Under the pieces are notes generated by a model. It was given only the letters and a program-made list of their open reading frames with translations, was not told where the DNA came from and did no database searches. Both the position numbers and the translations under genes were made by a program. Positions 7,759 through 19,688 of a stretch of DNA of 64,000 nt are shown one piece after another. Numbering within the stretch: position 1 is the first letter of the stretch; the number at the start of each line of letters is the position of its first letter. Origin of the DNA: Candidatus Spongiisociaceae bacterium (GTDB taxonomy: Bacteria > Actinomycetota > Acidimicrobiia > Spongiisociales > Spongiisociaceae); contig OZ241841.1 in the NCBI GenBank assembly GCA_965202665.1, positions 2,016,001 to 2,080,000 on the forward strand, read 5' to 3'.

Positions 7759-10700
7759 TTGGCCGCTATCCGCGTCGCCGACCGCCTGTCGTTTTCCCAA
7801 ATCCGGGAGGTGGTTCCCCTGCCGGATCTGCTTTCCGTGCAACACGACTCCTTCCGCCACTTCCTGGAAGAGGGGCTGGGGCGGATTTTCGAGCAGATCT
7901 CCCCGATAGAGGACTTTTCGGGGATGCTGGCCTTGGAAATCGGCGATCATCAGTTCGGCCCCGCCCCCCTCACCCCCGATGAGGCCAAGATGCAGGACGC
8001 CAACTACGCCCGCCCGTTGCGGTTCAAAGCCCGGTTCATCAACCGCAACACCGGGGAGATCAAGGAACAGGAGGTGTTCCTAGGCGATTTCCCGATGATG
8101 ACCGAAAAGGGCACGTTCATCATCAACGGCACCGAGCGGGTGGTGGTCAGCCAGTTGGTGCGCTCGCCCGGCATCTACTACGACCGGTCGGTGGACAAAT
8201 CCACGCTCAAAGATTTGTACAGCAACAAGGTGATTCCCGGCCGAGGGGCCTGGCTGGAAATGGACATCGACAAGAAGAACACGGTGGGGGTGCGGGTGGA
8301 CCGCAAACGCCGTCAGTACGTCACCGCCTTCCTGCGCGCCCTCGGTTTGGCGGAGAGCGATGAGCAGATACTGGCAATGTTCGATGGGGCGGGGTCCATC
8401 CGCAACACGTTGGAGCAGGACCCGATCACCGACCCGGAGGAGGCCCTGCTGGATCTCTACAAAAAACTCCGTCCCGGCGAGCCTTCCACGGTGGAGTCGG
8501 CCCGGGGGCTGGTCTCCCAGCTGTTCAAAAACGAAAAACGCTACGACCTGACTCCGGTGGGCCGTTACAAGGTGAATCAGAAGTTCCGCAATCCCGATGA
8601 CTTCGCCGCCGGGGACAACCTCCTCCAAGACGAGGACATTATCGACTCCATCAAATACCTGGTGTGCCTGCATGCCGGAGAAGCCTCCATGACTTCGCAG
8701 TTGGGGATGCAGGTGGGCGTGGGGGTGGACGACATCGACCATTTCGGCAATCGCCGGGTGCGCACCGTGGGGGAGCTGATCCAGAACCAGTTGCGCATGG
8801 GTCTGGCCCGCTTGGAGCGGCAGGCCCGGGAGCGGATGAGCACCCAGGAGAGCGATGCTATCACCCCCCAGTCCCTGGTCAACATCCGTCCGGTGGTGGG
8901 GGCCATCAAAGAGTTCTTCGGCTCCAGCCAGTTGAGCCAGCTGATGGATCAGCCCAACCCGCTGGCCGGACTCACCCATCGCCGCCGCCTGTCGGCCCTG
9001 GGACCGGGAGGTTTGACCCGGGAGCGGGCCGGGTTCGAGGTGCGGGACGTGCATCCTTCCCACTATGGCCGGATGTGCCCCATCGAGACCCCGGAGGGCC
9101 CCAACATCGGATTGATCGGTTCGTTGGCCACCTACGCCCGCATCAACCCGCACGGCTTCATCGAGACTCCCTACCACAAGGTGACCGACCGCAAGGTCAG
9201 CACCAAAGTGGAGTACCTGACCGCCTCCGAGGAGGAGCAGTACGTAATCGCCCAGGCCAACGCCCCTTTGGACACCGACCGGGTTTTTGTAAGAGATCGG
9301 GTGCTGGTGCGCCGCCGGGACGATGATGTTGCTTTTGTCAGCCCGGACGAGGTGGACTATATGGATGTGTCCCCCAAGCAGATCGTGTCGGTGGCCACCT
9401 CCCTCATCCCTTTCTTGGAGCACGATGACGCCAACCGGGCCCTGATGGGTTCCAACATGCAACGGCAGGCGGTTCCCTTGGTGCGCACCGAATCCCCCCT
9501 GGTCGGCACCGGGGTGGAGTATTGGGCGGCCCGGGACTCGGGGGAGATGTTGCTCTCCCCGGCGGCGGGGGAAGTGACGTTGGTGTCGGGGGATGAAGTT
9601 CACATCAAGGAGGAAGGCGCCAACCGCAAGCATCGGCTCCGGTTGCGCAAGTTCGAACGTTCCAACCAGGGGACTTCGGTTAATCAGAAGCCGGTCGTGA
9701 CGGTAGGTCAGAAGGTCAAAAAAGACGACATTCTGGCGGACGGACCCTCCACCGCCGCCGGAGAGCTGGCTTTGGGCAAGAACCTGTTGACCGCCTTTAT
9801 GCCCTGGAAGGGGCACAACTTCGAAGATGCCATAGTGGTCAGCGAACGGCTGGTGAAAGACGATGTTTTAACTTCGGTGCACATCGACGAGCATGAGATC
9901 GAGGCCCGCGACACCCGGGCTGGCGACGAGGAGATTACCCGCGATATTCCCAACGTGGCCGAGGAGTCGTTGCGCAACCTGGACGAAGACGGGATCATCC
10001 GGGTGGGGTCGGTGGTGGAGGCGGGCGACTACCTGGTGGGCAAGGTGGCCCCCAAGGGCGACTCGGAGATGACGCCCGAGGAGCGCCTGTTGCGTGCCAT
10101 CTTCGGGGAGAAAGCCCGCGAGGTACGGGATGTGTCGTTGCGGGTTCCGCACGGCGAGTCGGGCAAGGTGATCGGGGTGCAGGTGTTCAGCCGGGACCAA
10201 GGGGCTGAGAACCTGAACGCTGGGGTCAGCCAGAAGGTGCGGGTCTACGTAGCCAGCCAGCGCAAAATCTCCGAAGGGGACAAGCTGGCCGGGCGGCACG
10301 GCAACAAGGGGGTCATCGCCAAGGTTCTGCCCGAAGAGGACATGCCCTTTTTGGCCGACGGCACCCCGGTGGATATTGTCCTGTCCCCGCTGGGAGTTCC
10401 CTCCCGGATGAACTTGGGCCAGGTGCTGGAAACCCATCTGGGGTGGGCGGCCGCCCAGGGTTGGCGCCCGTTCGATCCCCAAACCGGGCGTCCGGTGGAA
10501 AGCAACGGCGGGCCTGGCAAAAAACCGGAGAAGCCCAGCGACGGTTCGCCCCGCTGGTCCCGGTTGGCCACCCCGGTGTTCGACGGGGCCAAAGAAGAGC
10601 AGATCACCAACGTGATCGCCAACTCCCTGCCCAACCGGGACGGGGAGCGGCTGGTGAACGAAGACGGGAAAGCGATACTGTACGACGGCCAGACCGGCAG

Positions 10701-11181
10701 GCCGTTCGACACCCCGGTCACGGTCGGCTACCTGTACCTGCTGAAACTGGCCCACCTGGTGGATCACAAGATTCACGCCCGCTCCACCGGCCCCTACTCC
10801 ATGATCACCCAGCAACCGATTGGGGGGAAGGCCCAGTTCGGCGGACAACGGTTCGGGGAAATGGAGGTGTGGGCCCTGGAAGCCTACGGGGCCGCCTACG
10901 CCTTGCAGGAGTTGCTCACCATCAAATCGGACGATGTGTTGGGACGGGTCAAGGTGTACGAGGCGATCGTGAAAGGCGACAACATCCCCGAACCGAGCAT
11001 TCCCGAATCTTTCAAAGTGCTCATCAAGGAAATGCAGAGCCTGTGCCTGAACGTGGAACTGTTGTCGGTGGGCGAAGAGGTGGACCTGCAGGAGCTGAGC
11101 GAAAAAAGCGACGAAGCGTACCGCACGGCTGAGGATCTGGGCATCGATATGTCCCGTCCTGAGAAGCGGGAGGAAAACTGA
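7759..11181 (+). CDS. rpoB: RNA polymerase beta subunit
   Basis: [43 protein letters not shown] and [13 protein letters not shown]; TTG start 6 nt after AGGAGG. Confidence 0.99.
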   Translation: MAAIRVADRLSFSQIREVVPLPDLLSVQHDSFRHFLEEGLGRIFEQISPIEDFSGMLALEIGDHQFGPAPLTPDEAKMQDANYARPLRFKARFINRNTGEIKEQEVFLGDFPMMTEKGTFIINGTERVVVSQLVRSPGIYYDRSVDKSTLKDLYSNKVIPGRGAWLEMDIDKKNTVGVRVDRKRRQYVTAFLRALGLAESDEQILAMFDGAGSIRNTLEQDPITDPEEALLDLYKKLRPGEPSTVESARGLVSQLFKNEKRYDLTPVGRYKVNQKFRNPDDFAAGDNLLQDEDIIDSIKYLVCLHAGEASMTSQLGMQVGVGVDDIDHFGNRRVRTVGELIQNQLRMGLARLERQARERMSTQESDAITPQSLVNIRPVVGAIKEFFGSSQLSQLMDQPNPLAGLTHRRRLSALGPGGLTRERAGFEVRDVHPSHYGRMCPIETPEGPNIGLIGSLATYARINPHGFIETPYHKVTDRKVSTKVEYLTASEEEQYVIAQANAPLDTDRVFVRDRVLVRRRDDDVAFVSPDEVDYMDVSPKQIVSVATSLIPFLEHDDANRALMGSNMQRQAVPLVRTESPLVGTGVEYWAARDSGEMLLSPAAGEVTLVSGDEVHIKEEGANRKHRLRLRKFERSNQGTSVNQKPVVTVGQKVKKDDILADGPSTAAGELALGKNLLTAFMPWKGHNFEDAIVVSERLVKDDVLTSVHIDEHEIEARDTRAGDEEITRDIPNVAEESLRNLDEDGIIRVGSVVEAGDYLVGKVAPKGDSEMTPEERLLRAIFGEKAREVRDVSLRVPHGESGKVIGVQVFSRDQGAENLNAGVSQKVRVYVASQRKISEGDKLAGRHGNKGVIAKVLPEEDMPFLADGTPVDIVLSPLGVPSRMNLGQVLETHLGWAAAQGWRPFDPQTGRPVESNGGPGKKPEKPSDGSPRWSRLATPVFDGAKEEQITNVIANSLPNRDGERLVNEDGKAILYDGQTGRPFDTPVTVGYLYLLKLAHLVDHKIHARSTGPYSMITQQPIGGKAQFGGQRFGEMEVWALEAYGAAYALQELLTIKSDDVLGRVKVYEAIVKGDNIPEPSIPESFKVLIKEMQSLCLNVELLSVGEEVDLQELSEKSDEAYRTAEDLGIDMSRPEKREEN

Positions 11182-11256
11182 CCCCTTCCCATCGACTGGA
11201 ATGGGTCGGAACGGAAAGTCGAAATTTAGACGAAACACGGCGGCGAAAGGAGCAGT

Positions 11257-14200
11257 GTGCGCGAGCTGTTCGATGAACTGAAAATTGGTTTGGCGTCCTC
11301 CGATCAGGTGCGGTCCTGGTCGTTCGGGGAGGTGAAGAAGCCGGAGACCATCAACTACCGCAGCTTGAAGCCGGAGAAGGACGGGCTGTTCGACGAGCGC
11401 ATTTTCGGTCCGCAGAAGGACTGGGAATGCTACTGCGGCAAATACAAGCGTTTTCGCTACCGGGGCATCGTGTGCGAAAAATGCGGCGTGGAGGTGACCC
11501 GCAAGGATGTGCGCCGGGATCGGATGGGCCACATCGACCTGGCCGCCCCGGTCACCCATATCTGGTTTTTCAAAGGAGTCCCCTCCCGGTTGGGGTATCT
11601 GCTGGACATGTCCCCCAAAAACCTGGAGATGATCATCTACTTTGCGGCCTACGTGATCACGGAAGTGGACGAAGGCAAACGGATGGTGGATCTGCCCGAC
11701 CTGGAGGAGCAGATGCGGGCCGAGTTGGAAATTGTGGGGGAGGAGTTGGAGGAGTGGCGGTTGGAGCGGCTGTCCCGGTTGGAGAAGCAGGTGGAGCAGA
11801 TGGAGGAGGCGGGGGCCAAGCTGGCGGAGGTGGCCACCGTGCGCCGCGAGGCGGAGCGGGAAATCAAGGATCGGGAGGAGAAAGCGGAGAAGGAACGCGA
11901 GTTGATCAAGGAGAGTTTTGCGGAATTTCGCGAGTTGCGTCCCAAAGATCTGGTGGAGCGGGAGGATTTGTGGAGGGAGATGCACGAACGCTACTCGGCC
12001 TACTTCGATGGGGGAATGGGGGCGGAGGCGGTGAAGAAATTGCTGTCCAAGGTGGATTTGGACGCCGAGATGGAGGAGTTGCGGGAAGGTTTGCAATCAT
12101 CGTCGGCGCAACGGAAACTGCGCTCCGGGCAACGTGTGAAGGTGGTGAAGCCCTTCTGGGAGGGCAAGCATTCGCCGGAGAGCATGATTATAGAGGCGGT
12201 TCCGGTCATCCCGCCTGAGTTGCGACCCATGGTGCAGTTGGACGGGGGGCGCTTCGCCACCTCCGACCTGAATGACCTGTACCGGCGGGTGATTAACCGC
12301 AACAATCGCCTGAAGCGGCTGTTGGGGTTGAACGCCCCCGAGATCATCATCAACAACGAGAAGCGCATGTTGCAGGAGGCGGTGGACGCCCTGTTCGACA
12401 ACGGGCGGCGGGGGCGGGCGGTGCCCGGTACCGGCAATCGTCCCTTGAAGTCTTTGACCGACATGTTGAAGGGCAAAGCGGGGCGGTTCCGGCAGAACCT
12501 GCTGGGGAAGCGAGTGGATTATTCCGGCCGGTCGGTGATCGTGGTGGGCCCGCAGTTGAAGTTGCATCAGTGCGGTTTGCCCAAGGTGATGGCGTTGGAG
12601 TTGTTCAAGCCGTTCGTGATGAAGCGGCTGGTGGACCGGGATTTGGCGGCCGGCATCAAGGCGGCCAAGCGGATGGTGGAGCGGCAACGTCCGCAGGTGT
12701 GGGACGTGTTGCGGGAGGTGATACAGGATCATCCGGTGTTGCTCAACCGGGCCCCCACTTTGCACCGGCTGGGGATTCAAGCTTTCGAACCGTTGCTGGT
12801 GGAAGGCAAAGCCATACAGATTCATCCCCTGGTGTGCGAGGCTTTCAACGCCGACTTCGACGGGGATCAGATGGCGGTGCATCTCCCCTTGTCTCCGGAG
12901 GCGCAGGCCGAGGCGCGGGTGCTGATGCTGTCCACCAACAACGTACGTTCCCCGGCCAGCGGCCATCCCATCGTGTCCCCCTCCCAGGACATGGTCATCG
13001 GCCTCTACTACCTGTCGGCGAATATCAAAAAAGAAGGCGCCTTGGGGACAGGCCGGTACTTTGCCGATCTGCCGGAGGCGTTGATGGCCTATGACTTGGG
13101 TGAGTTGGAAGTGCACGCCCCGATCAAAATTCGGATGGGCGATATGGCGGGCGACCCGCAGGTGCACGCCGAGCTGAAGGATCTGATCGGGTATCTGATC
13201 ACCGACCAACCGGTGGATGGCCAGGTTCCGATGGACACCACTTTGGGCAAGGCCTTACTCAACCAAGCCCTGCCCGCCGATTTCCCGTTGATCGACGCTC
13301 CTTTGTTGAAGAGCGGCATCAAAGACCTGCTCGCTGAGATCATCGACCGCTACGACAAGGCGGTGGTGCAACGCACTCTGGACGGGCTCAAGGATTTGGG
13401 TTTCGCCTTTTCCACCCAGGCGGGGCTCACCGTGGGTTTGAACGATGTGACCACCCCGCTCGACAAGCCGAAGATACTTAACGAGGCGGAGGACAGGGCG
13501 CAGAAGAAGGAACGAGAGTACCAGCAGGGGAGCATTACCGCCCAGGAACGGGATCAGGAGTTAGTGGAGATTTGGAGCGAAGCCACCGAAGAGTTAACCC
13601 AGAAGGTGCGCACTTCCCTGTCCGATCAGGACTTCAACCCCATTGATATGATGATGAGCTCCGGCGCCCGGGGCAACATCATGCAGGTGCGCCAGATAGC
13701 CGGTATTCGCGGCTTGGTGGCTAACAACCGCGGACGCATCATCCCCCGGCCCATCAGGTCTAATTTCCGAGAGGGGATGACTGTGCTGGAGTATTTCATG
13801 TCCACGCACGGGGCCCGCAAAGGTCTGACCGACACCGCTCTGAAAACCGCCGACGCTGGTTATCTGACCCGCCGCCTGGTGGATGTGTCCCAAGAGATTA
13901 TCGTCTCCGAAGAGGAATCGGAGGATCGGGGCATCGACATCCGCGTACGGGATGCAAAAGGCGATACCCTCCCCGACTTGCGCAACCGCATCTACGGGCG
14001 GGTGTTGGCCGAAGATGTGAAAGTGGATTACAAGTTGCGTATCACCCGCCCCGGTGATTCCAACTTCGAAGCTGGCCAAACCGTGGAGTTCACGAAGTTT
14101 GCGTCCGTCAAACGGGAGTTGTTGGAGGCTGGCAAAAAACCGGCCGAAGGTCGGCCGACGGGAGGTAAAACGGCCCTTACCAAGGATGGCGTGGCTCTGG

Positions 14201-16113
14201 AGGCGGGGGCGGTGATTGACCGCAAGGTGATGGTGGAACTGCAGGCTATGCCGGAAGTCGACTCGGTGCGGGTGCGTTCCCCGCTCACCGACGAGATCCG
14301 GCACGGCATCAGCCGCGCTTCCTACGGGCTGAGCATGTCCACCAACCAACTGGCGGAACCGGGCGAGGCGGTGGGGGTGATGGCCGCCCAGTCCATCGGC
14401 GAGCCGGGCACGCAGCTGACCATGCGCACCTTTCATACCGGGGGGGTGGCCGATGAAACGGATATCACCCACGGCCTGCCCCGGGTGGTGGAGTTGTTCG
14501 AAGCCCGCTCCCCCAAGGGAAAGGCCATCTTGGCCGAGGCCAGCGGAAAAGTGCGCATTGACGATGGTGAAGAGGGGGTGCGCGCTTTGGTAATCGAATC
14601 CCCCCGGAGCGGGGAAGTCAAATACCGCTTGTCCCCCAACGCCCGGTTGCGGCCCGGGGTGCGAGAGGGGGGTGAAGTCGCCGCCGGAGATCAACTTACC
14701 GAAGGGCCGTTGGATCCCAAAGAGGTGTGCCTCATCAGAGGAGTGCGGGCCTGTCAGCAGTATCTGGTGGATCAGGTGCAGGATGTGTACCGCAACCAGG
14801 GGGTGGAGATTCACGACAAGCACATCGAGCTGATCGTGCGGCAGATGTTGCGCAAAGTGCGCATCATCGAGCCCAACGACACCGATTTTCTGCCCATGCA
14901 GATGGTGGATCAGGGAGAGTTCCGGGACACCAACCGGGAGTTGGCGGCCGCGGGCAAGCAACCGGCCGAGGGCCGTCCGGAGCTGATGGGGATCACCAAG
15001 GCCTCGCTGGCTACCGAGTCCTGGTTGTCGGCCGCATCCTTCCAGGAAACCAGCCGCGTGCTCACCGAGGCGGCCATCAACGGACGCTCCGACTACCTGC
15101 GGGGACTGAAGGAGAACGTGATCATCGGCAAGCTGATTCCGGCCGGCACCGGTTCCGATGAATACCAGAAACTCCAACCCGAGCTGTCCCAGGCGCAGAT
15201 AACACCCCCCTTGACCGGAGCCGACTGGTTGGCCGTGCGGGAGATGGAAGTATTCACCGAAGAGGTCGCCGGTGAGGCCGAGGATAAGGCCGCCCAAGCC
15301 GAGGAGGCCCGGGCCAGGGCGGAGGAGAAAAAGGCGGAGGTGAACGCCGCCACTGACGATGCCGAGAAATATACTTTGAGGAGGGAAAGAGACGAAGAAT
15401 ATGAACGGGCCGCCCGCTATGACCGGGAGGCGGCCGAGGAGGAGGAGCGGGCCGCGGCCCGCAAGTTGGCCCATGCCCAAGCGAAGGCGGAGGAGGCCGA
15501 GGAAGCCGAAGCGGCCGCCCAGGAGAAAGAGTTGGAACAGGCTCGCAAAGAGGCGGAAAAGGCCCGGCAAGCGGTGGAGAAGGCCCGGGAGAAGGAAGAC
15601 AAGGCCGCCAAAACGCGCCGGGAGAGGGCCGCCAAAGAGGCGCAAAAATGGAAGGATCGGGCACAGCGGGCATTGCGAGAGGCCGAAGGGAAGCAGAAGC
15701 AGGTGGCTGATAAAACGGAGCAGGCTAAAGCCGCGCTGGATATAAGCGCAAAGGTGGATTTGGCGCGGCAGGTCGTGTCTGAATCCGAGAAGGTGATCCA
15801 AGGCGTACGGGAAGCGAGGAAAGCGGCAACGGTAGCCCAGGAGGCTGAAGTTAAGGCTGAGCTGGAAGATACAGAAGCGCCGCAGGTAATAGAGGACGCC
15901 GAACAGGTGATCCTAGATGTGGAGCAAAAGGTTCAGGAGTTGCGGGCCTCGCTGGATGCTCCCCAACAGGATGCGGGAGCTATTGACAGATCCCTCGACG
16001 AGAACCGCGAGTCCTTGACGAGGATGGCCGTTACCTTGCAGAAGTTCACCGACTGGTTGAAAAAAATCGGCGAGCTCGTCGCCGATGCCCTAAAGAAACT
16101 GCTGGGAGGGTAA
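11257..16113 (+). CDS. rpoC: RNA polymerase beta' subunit with a long C-terminal extension (1618 aa)
   Basis: N-terminal Zn finger CYCGK..CEKC, catalytic [23 protein letters not shown], and [14 protein letters not shown] ending at aa 1299; AAAGGAG RBS with GTG start. Confidence 0.99.
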   Translation: MRELFDELKIGLASSDQVRSWSFGEVKKPETINYRSLKPEKDGLFDERIFGPQKDWECYCGKYKRFRYRGIVCEKCGVEVTRKDVRRDRMGHIDLAAPVTHIWFFKGVPSRLGYLLDMSPKNLEMIIYFAAYVITEVDEGKRMVDLPDLEEQMRAELEIVGEELEEWRLERLSRLEKQVEQMEEAGAKLAEVATVRREAEREIKDREEKAEKERELIKESFAEFRELRPKDLVEREDLWREMHERYSAYFDGGMGAEAVKKLLSKVDLDAEMEELREGLQSSSAQRKLRSGQRVKVVKPFWEGKHSPESMIIEAVPVIPPELRPMVQLDGGRFATSDLNDLYRRVINRNNRLKRLLGLNAPEIIINNEKRMLQEAVDALFDNGRRGRAVPGTGNRPLKSLTDMLKGKAGRFRQNLLGKRVDYSGRSVIVVGPQLKLHQCGLPKVMALELFKPFVMKRLVDRDLAAGIKAAKRMVERQRPQVWDVLREVIQDHPVLLNRAPTLHRLGIQAFEPLLVEGKAIQIHPLVCEAFNADFDGDQMAVHLPLSPEAQAEARVLMLSTNNVRSPASGHPIVSPSQDMVIGLYYLSANIKKEGALGTGRYFADLPEALMAYDLGELEVHAPIKIRMGDMAGDPQVHAELKDLIGYLITDQPVDGQVPMDTTLGKALLNQALPADFPLIDAPLLKSGIKDLLAEIIDRYDKAVVQRTLDGLKDLGFAFSTQAGLTVGLNDVTTPLDKPKILNEAEDRAQKKEREYQQGSITAQERDQELVEIWSEATEELTQKVRTSLSDQDFNPIDMMMSSGARGNIMQVRQIAGIRGLVANNRGRIIPRPIRSNFREGMTVLEYFMSTHGARKGLTDTALKTADAGYLTRRLVDVSQEIIVSEEESEDRGIDIRVRDAKGDTLPDLRNRIYGRVLAEDVKVDYKLRITRPGDSNFEAGQTVEFTKFASVKRELLEAGKKPAEGRPTGGKTALTKDGVALEAGAVIDRKVMVELQAMPEVDSVRVRSPLTDEIRHGISRASYGLSMSTNQLAEPGEAVGVMAAQSIGEPGTQLTMRTFHTGGVADETDITHGLPRVVELFEARSPKGKAILAEASGKVRIDDGEEGVRALVIESPRSGEVKYRLSPNARLRPGVREGGEVAAGDQLTEGPLDPKEVCLIRGVRACQQYLVDQVQDVYRNQGVEIHDKHIELIVRQMLRKVRIIEPNDTDFLPMQMVDQGEFRDTNRELAAAGKQPAEGRPELMGITKASLATESWLSAASFQETSRVLTEAAINGRSDYLRGLKENVIIGKLIPAGTGSDEYQKLQPELSQAQITPPLTGADWLAVREMEVFTEEVAGEAEDKAAQAEEARARAEEKKAEVNAATDDAEKYTLRRERDEEYERAARYDREAAEEEERAAARKLAHAQAKAEEAEEAEAAAQEKELEQARKEAEKARQAVEKAREKEDKAAKTRRERAAKEAQKWKDRAQRALREAEGKQKQVADKTEQAKAALDISAKVDLARQVVSESEKVIQGVREARKAATVAQEAEVKAELEDTEAPQVIEDAEQVILDVEQKVQELRASLDAPQQDAGAIDRSLDENRESLTRMAVTLQKFTDWLKKIGELVADALKKLLGG

Positions 16114-16115
16114 GA

Positions 16116-16472
16116 TTGTCGTACGGGGAATCTCTTAACCCGCTTCAGCTTTTTGGGGCGGCGCCCTTCGCTGGCCACGAGGGCAATCCGGCGGACTTCT
16201 CCCGTACGCTTAACGCTGTTCGGATTGGCGTTTCATGGAAGGGTCCTTTCAGTGATGCCATACAACTCATCGAGGCCGCTACTAAGTTGCCCGTGACGGC
16301 CGGCGGGGAGTTGGAGGGGCATATGGCGATCGCGGCGGGGAAAGCCATCGAGGCGGTAATGGGGCAAGTCTTTGAACTGCAGGCGGAGGCGCGCCGGTGC
16401 TTTTCTGCGGAGGCCATCGCCCATGCCGAGCGATGGCTGGCGGAAAACAGCCCCGCTGGAAACGGACGATGA
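16116..16472 (+). CDS. Hypothetical protein (118 aa) immediately after rpoC
   Basis: TTG start 2 nt after the rpoC stop with GGGAGG RBS inside the rpoC tail; globular composition; fills the gap before the rpsL promoter. Confidence 0.6.
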   Translation: MSYGESLNPLQLFGAAPFAGHEGNPADFSRTLNAVRIGVSWKGPFSDAIQLIEAATKLPVTAGGELEGHMAIAAGKAIEAVMGQVFELQAEARRCFSAEAIAHAERWLAENSPAGNGR

Positions 16473-16504
16473 GGCGCGTGGCGGTTGCGAAAGGGGTCCC
16501 TGTT

Positions 16505-16534
16505 TTGACATAGCGGCGGGCCGGTCTGTATAAT
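16505..16534 (+). promoter_or_regulatory. str operon promoter
   Basis: Consensus TTGACA-N18-TATAAT. Confidence 0.85.
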
Positions 16535-16559
16535 GCGGGCCGTGCTTGCGCACATATTT

Positions 16560-16631
16560 ACTCTCGTGCCCTGAGGGCCGGTGGTCCCGCCGCTGGCAAC
16601 CGCAAGGTGGCGGGAACCCACACAAGAGAGT
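16560..16631 (+). ncRNA. Structured rpsL 5' leader (candidate cis-regulatory RNA)
   Basis: Closing stem ACTCTCGTG/CAC-AA-GAGAGT, hairpin GCCC-TGA-GGGC, stem TCCCGCC/GGCGGGA and ACC-GCAA-GGT GNRA hairpin. Confidence 0.5.
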
Positions 16632-16723
16632 TGGCGCGTCGCATCGCCGGCGGGCCGATTACAGAAAACGAACGGGCAGGGTTGCCCGCGTCTTGCGCGC
16701 CTGCCCGCCCGCGAGGAGCAATT

Positions 16724-17095
16724 TTGCCAACCATACAACAGTTGGTGCGCCGGGGCCGCAAGCCCAAGGCGCGCAAGGAGAAGACGCCGGGTCTGGCCGG
16801 TTCCCCCCAGCGGCGGGGGGTGTGCACCCGCGTCTACATCATCACCCCCAAAAAGCCCAACTCCGCCCAGCGCAAAGCGTGCCGGGTGCGGCTCACCTCG
16901 GGAGTGGAGGTGACCGCCTACATCCCCGGCGAGGGGCACAACCTGCAGGAGCATTCCATCGTGCTCATCCGGGGCGGCCGGGTGCGCGACTTGCCCGGGG
17001 TGCGTTACAAGGTCATCCGGGGGGCTTTGGATGCGGCCGGCGTGGACGGCCGCCGTCAGGCCCGTTCCCGCTACGGAACGAAACGGGAGCGATAA
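16724..17095 (+). CDS. rpsL: 30S ribosomal protein S12
   Basis: [16 protein letters not shown] and [12 protein letters not shown]; TTG start after GAGGAG. Confidence 0.98.
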   Translation: MPTIQQLVRRGRKPKARKEKTPGLAGSPQRRGVCTRVYIITPKKPNSAQRKACRVRLTSGVEVTAYIPGEGHNLQEHSIVLIRGGRVRDLPGVRYKVIRGALDAAGVDGRRQARSRYGTKRER

Positions 17096-17096
17096 G

Positions 17097-17564
17097 ATGC
17101 GCCGCGCCCCCGCTCAACGCCGCCAGATCGAACCGGATCCGTTGTTCCGCAACATGCTGGTATCCCAGATAATCAACCAGGTTTTGCTGCGGGGCAAAAA
17201 GAACAAAGCCCGGCGCATCGTCTACGGGGCCTTGGAGTTGGTGGAAAGCCGCAGCGGCCAGGATTCCATACAGGTGTTGAAGCGGGCCATCGACAACCTC
17301 CGTCCGCAGGTGGAGGTGCGCACCCGCCGGGTGGGGGGCACCTCCTACCAGGTGCCGATGGACGTCCGCCCCCGCCGCGCCTCCACTTTGGCCATCCGCT
17401 GGCTGATCGGGTTCGCCCGCCGCCGCCGGGAGAAGTCCATGGCCCATCGGCTGGCCGCCGAAATTATGGATGCCGCCAACAACACCGGGGCGGCCGTCAA
17501 ACGCAAAGAAGACGTCCACAAGATGGCCGAATCCAACAAGGCCTTCGCCCACTACCGCTGGTAA
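17097..17564 (+). CDS. rpsG: 30S ribosomal protein S7
   Basis: [11 protein letters not shown] and [15 protein letters not shown]. Confidence 0.98.
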   Translation: MRRAPAQRRQIEPDPLFRNMLVSQIINQVLLRGKKNKARRIVYGALELVESRSGQDSIQVLKRAIDNLRPQVEVRTRRVGGTSYQVPMDVRPRRASTLAIRWLIGFARRRREKSMAHRLAAEIMDAANNTGAAVKRKEDVHKMAESNKAFAHYRW

Positions 17565-17568
17565 GACA

Positions 17569-19671
17569 ATGAGCTCCCCCCTTGCCCGACTCCGTCAGTT
17601 TCCGCTGAGCCGCACTCGCAACATCGGGATCATGGCCCATATCGACGCCGGCAAGACCACCCTCACCGAGCGGGTCCTCTACTACACCGGACGCACCTAC
17701 AAGTTGGGCGAGGTGCACGAGGGGGCGGCGGTGATGGACTGGATGGAGCAGGAGCAGGAGCGGGGCATCACCATCACCTCCGCCGCCACCACCTGCGAGT
17801 GGCATGAGCATTGGATCAACATCATCGACACCCCCGGCCATGTGGATTTCACCGTGGAGGTGGAACGTTCCTTGCGGGTGCTGGATGGGGCGGTGGCCGT
17901 CTTCGACGCGGTGGCCGGCGTGGAGCCGCAGTCGGAGACTGTTTGGCGGCAGGCCGACCGCTACGAGGTGCCCCGCATCTGTTTCATCAACAAGATGGAC
18001 CGGGTGGGGGCCGACTTCTACGCGGCCGTGGATTCCATCCGTGACCGGTTGGACGCCGTTCCGCTGGTGATGCAGATCCCGATCGGCTCCGAAGCCGGGT
18101 TCACCGGGGTGGTGGACCTGGTGGAGATGAGGGCGCACACCTGGCAGGGCGACGACGGCCGCACTTGGAACACCGGCCCCATCCCCGATGAATATCTGGC
18201 GACCGCCTCCGAATACCGGGGCCGGATGCTGGAGCAGGTGGCGGAAGTCGACGAGAAACTGCTGGAGAAGTACCTGGAGGACTTGGACATTTCCCCGGGC
18301 GAGATCACCATGGCGGTGCGGGCGGGCGTCCTGCAACATTTATTCAATCCGGTGCTGTGCGGGGCCGCTTTCAAAAACAAGGGAGTGCAACTGTTGCTGG
18401 ACGCGGTGGTGGATTACCTGCCCAGCCCGGTGGACCTGCCCGCCGTGTCCGGGTTCGTCCCCGGTCGCGAGGATCAGACTTTGCATCGCCCCCCCGCCGA
18501 CGACCAGCCCTTCTCCGCCTTGGCCTTCAAAGTGATCAGCGACCCGCATGTGGGCAAACTCACCTATTTCCGAGTTTATTCCGGCCAAGCCTCCAAGGGC
18601 GGAACCCTGCTCAACACCGCCAGCGGGCGCAAGGAACGGCTGGGACGCCTGTTGCGCATGCACGCCAACCATCGGGAGGACCGGGAGGATGTGTTCACCG
18701 GCGATATCGTGGCCGCGGTGGGACTGAAGCACACCACCACCGGCGACACCCTCAGCTCCGTGCGGGACCCGATCGCCTTGGAGTCGATGTCCTTTCCGGC
18801 TCCGGTGATTTCGGTGGCTATCGAACCCCGTTCCAAGGCCGACCAGGAAAAATTGTCCGAGTCACTCAGCCGGTTGGCCGAAGAGGACCCCACCTTTTTG
18901 GTGCGCTCCGACGAAGAAACCGGGCAGACCATCATCTCCGGGATGGGCGAGTTGCATTTGGACATCTTGGTGGACCGGCTGGTGCGGGAGTTTCGGGTGG
19001 ACGCCAATGTGGGCCGCCCGCAGGTGGCCTACCGGGAAACCATCCGCGGCCCGGTGGAGAAGATGGAGGTGCGCCATATCAAGCAGAGCGGCGGCCGGGG
19101 CCAGTATGCGGTGGTGGTCGTTTCTTTGGAGCCCACCGGTCCCGGGGGCGGCTTCGAGTTCGTGGACGAAATCAAAGGAGGCTCGGTTCCCCGCGAGTTC
19201 ATCCCCTCCGTCTCGGCCGGCATCCAAAACGCCCTGGACCAGGGGGTGCTGGCCGGCTATCCGCTGGTGGACGTACGGGCCCGCTTGGTGGACGGCTCCG
19301 CCCACGATGTTGATTCCTCGGAGATGGCTTTCCGCATCGCCGGGTCCCTGGCCCTGCGGGAAGCGGCCCGCCGGGCGGGCGTCAAAATGCTGGAGCCGGT
19401 GATGGCGGTGGAGGTGGTCACCCCCGAGGAATATATGGGGGAGGTCATCGGCGACCTATCCGCCCGGCGGGGTAGAATAGGGGAAACCAACCAGCGGGGT
19501 TCGGTGCGGGTGGTAACCGCCCGGGTTCCGTTGGCCGAAATGTTCGGATACGTGACCGACCTGCGGTCCAAGACCCAGGGCCGGGCCACTTCCACCATGC
19601 AATTTCATTCATACGACGACGTGCCCGAGCAGGTCGCCGGCGAGATAGTAGCCGCCGCCCGCGGCGAATAG
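17569..19671 (+). CDS. fusA: Elongation factor G
   Basis: [28 protein letters not shown] and GMGELHLDI. Confidence 0.98.
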   Translation: MSSPLARLRQFPLSRTRNIGIMAHIDAGKTTLTERVLYYTGRTYKLGEVHEGAAVMDWMEQEQERGITITSAATTCEWHEHWINIIDTPGHVDFTVEVERSLRVLDGAVAVFDAVAGVEPQSETVWRQADRYEVPRICFINKMDRVGADFYAAVDSIRDRLDAVPLVMQIPIGSEAGFTGVVDLVEMRAHTWQGDDGRTWNTGPIPDEYLATASEYRGRMLEQVAEVDEKLLEKYLEDLDISPGEITMAVRAGVLQHLFNPVLCGAAFKNKGVQLLLDAVVDYLPSPVDLPAVSGFVPGREDQTLHRPPADDQPFSALAFKVISDPHVGKLTYFRVYSGQASKGGTLLNTASGRKERLGRLLRMHANHREDREDVFTGDIVAAVGLKHTTTGDTLSSVRDPIALESMSFPAPVISVAIEPRSKADQEKLSESLSRLAEEDPTFLVRSDEETGQTIISGMGELHLDILVDRLVREFRVDANVGRPQVAYRETIRGPVEKMEVRHIKQSGGRGQYAVVVVSLEPTGPGGGFEFVDEIKGGSVPREFIPSVSAGIQNALDQGVLAGYPLVDVRARLVDGSAHDVDSSEMAFRIAGSLALREAARRAGVKMLEPVMAVEVVTPEEYMGEVIGDLSARRGRIGETNQRGSVRVVTARVPLAEMFGYVTDLRSKTQGRATSTMQFHSYDDVPEQVAGEIVAAARGE

Positions 19672-19688
19672 AACAGGAGGTAAGGGAA

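Noticed and set aside
11670-11950. Coiled-coil insertion near the RpoC N-terminus
   Set aside because: Known actinobacteria-specific beta' insertion; useful for taxonomy, not novel.
8080-15801. Long antisense ORFs over rpoB/rpoC and similar ones across the window
   Set aside because: Typical codon-aligned shadows in high-GC DNA with no recognisable motifs.
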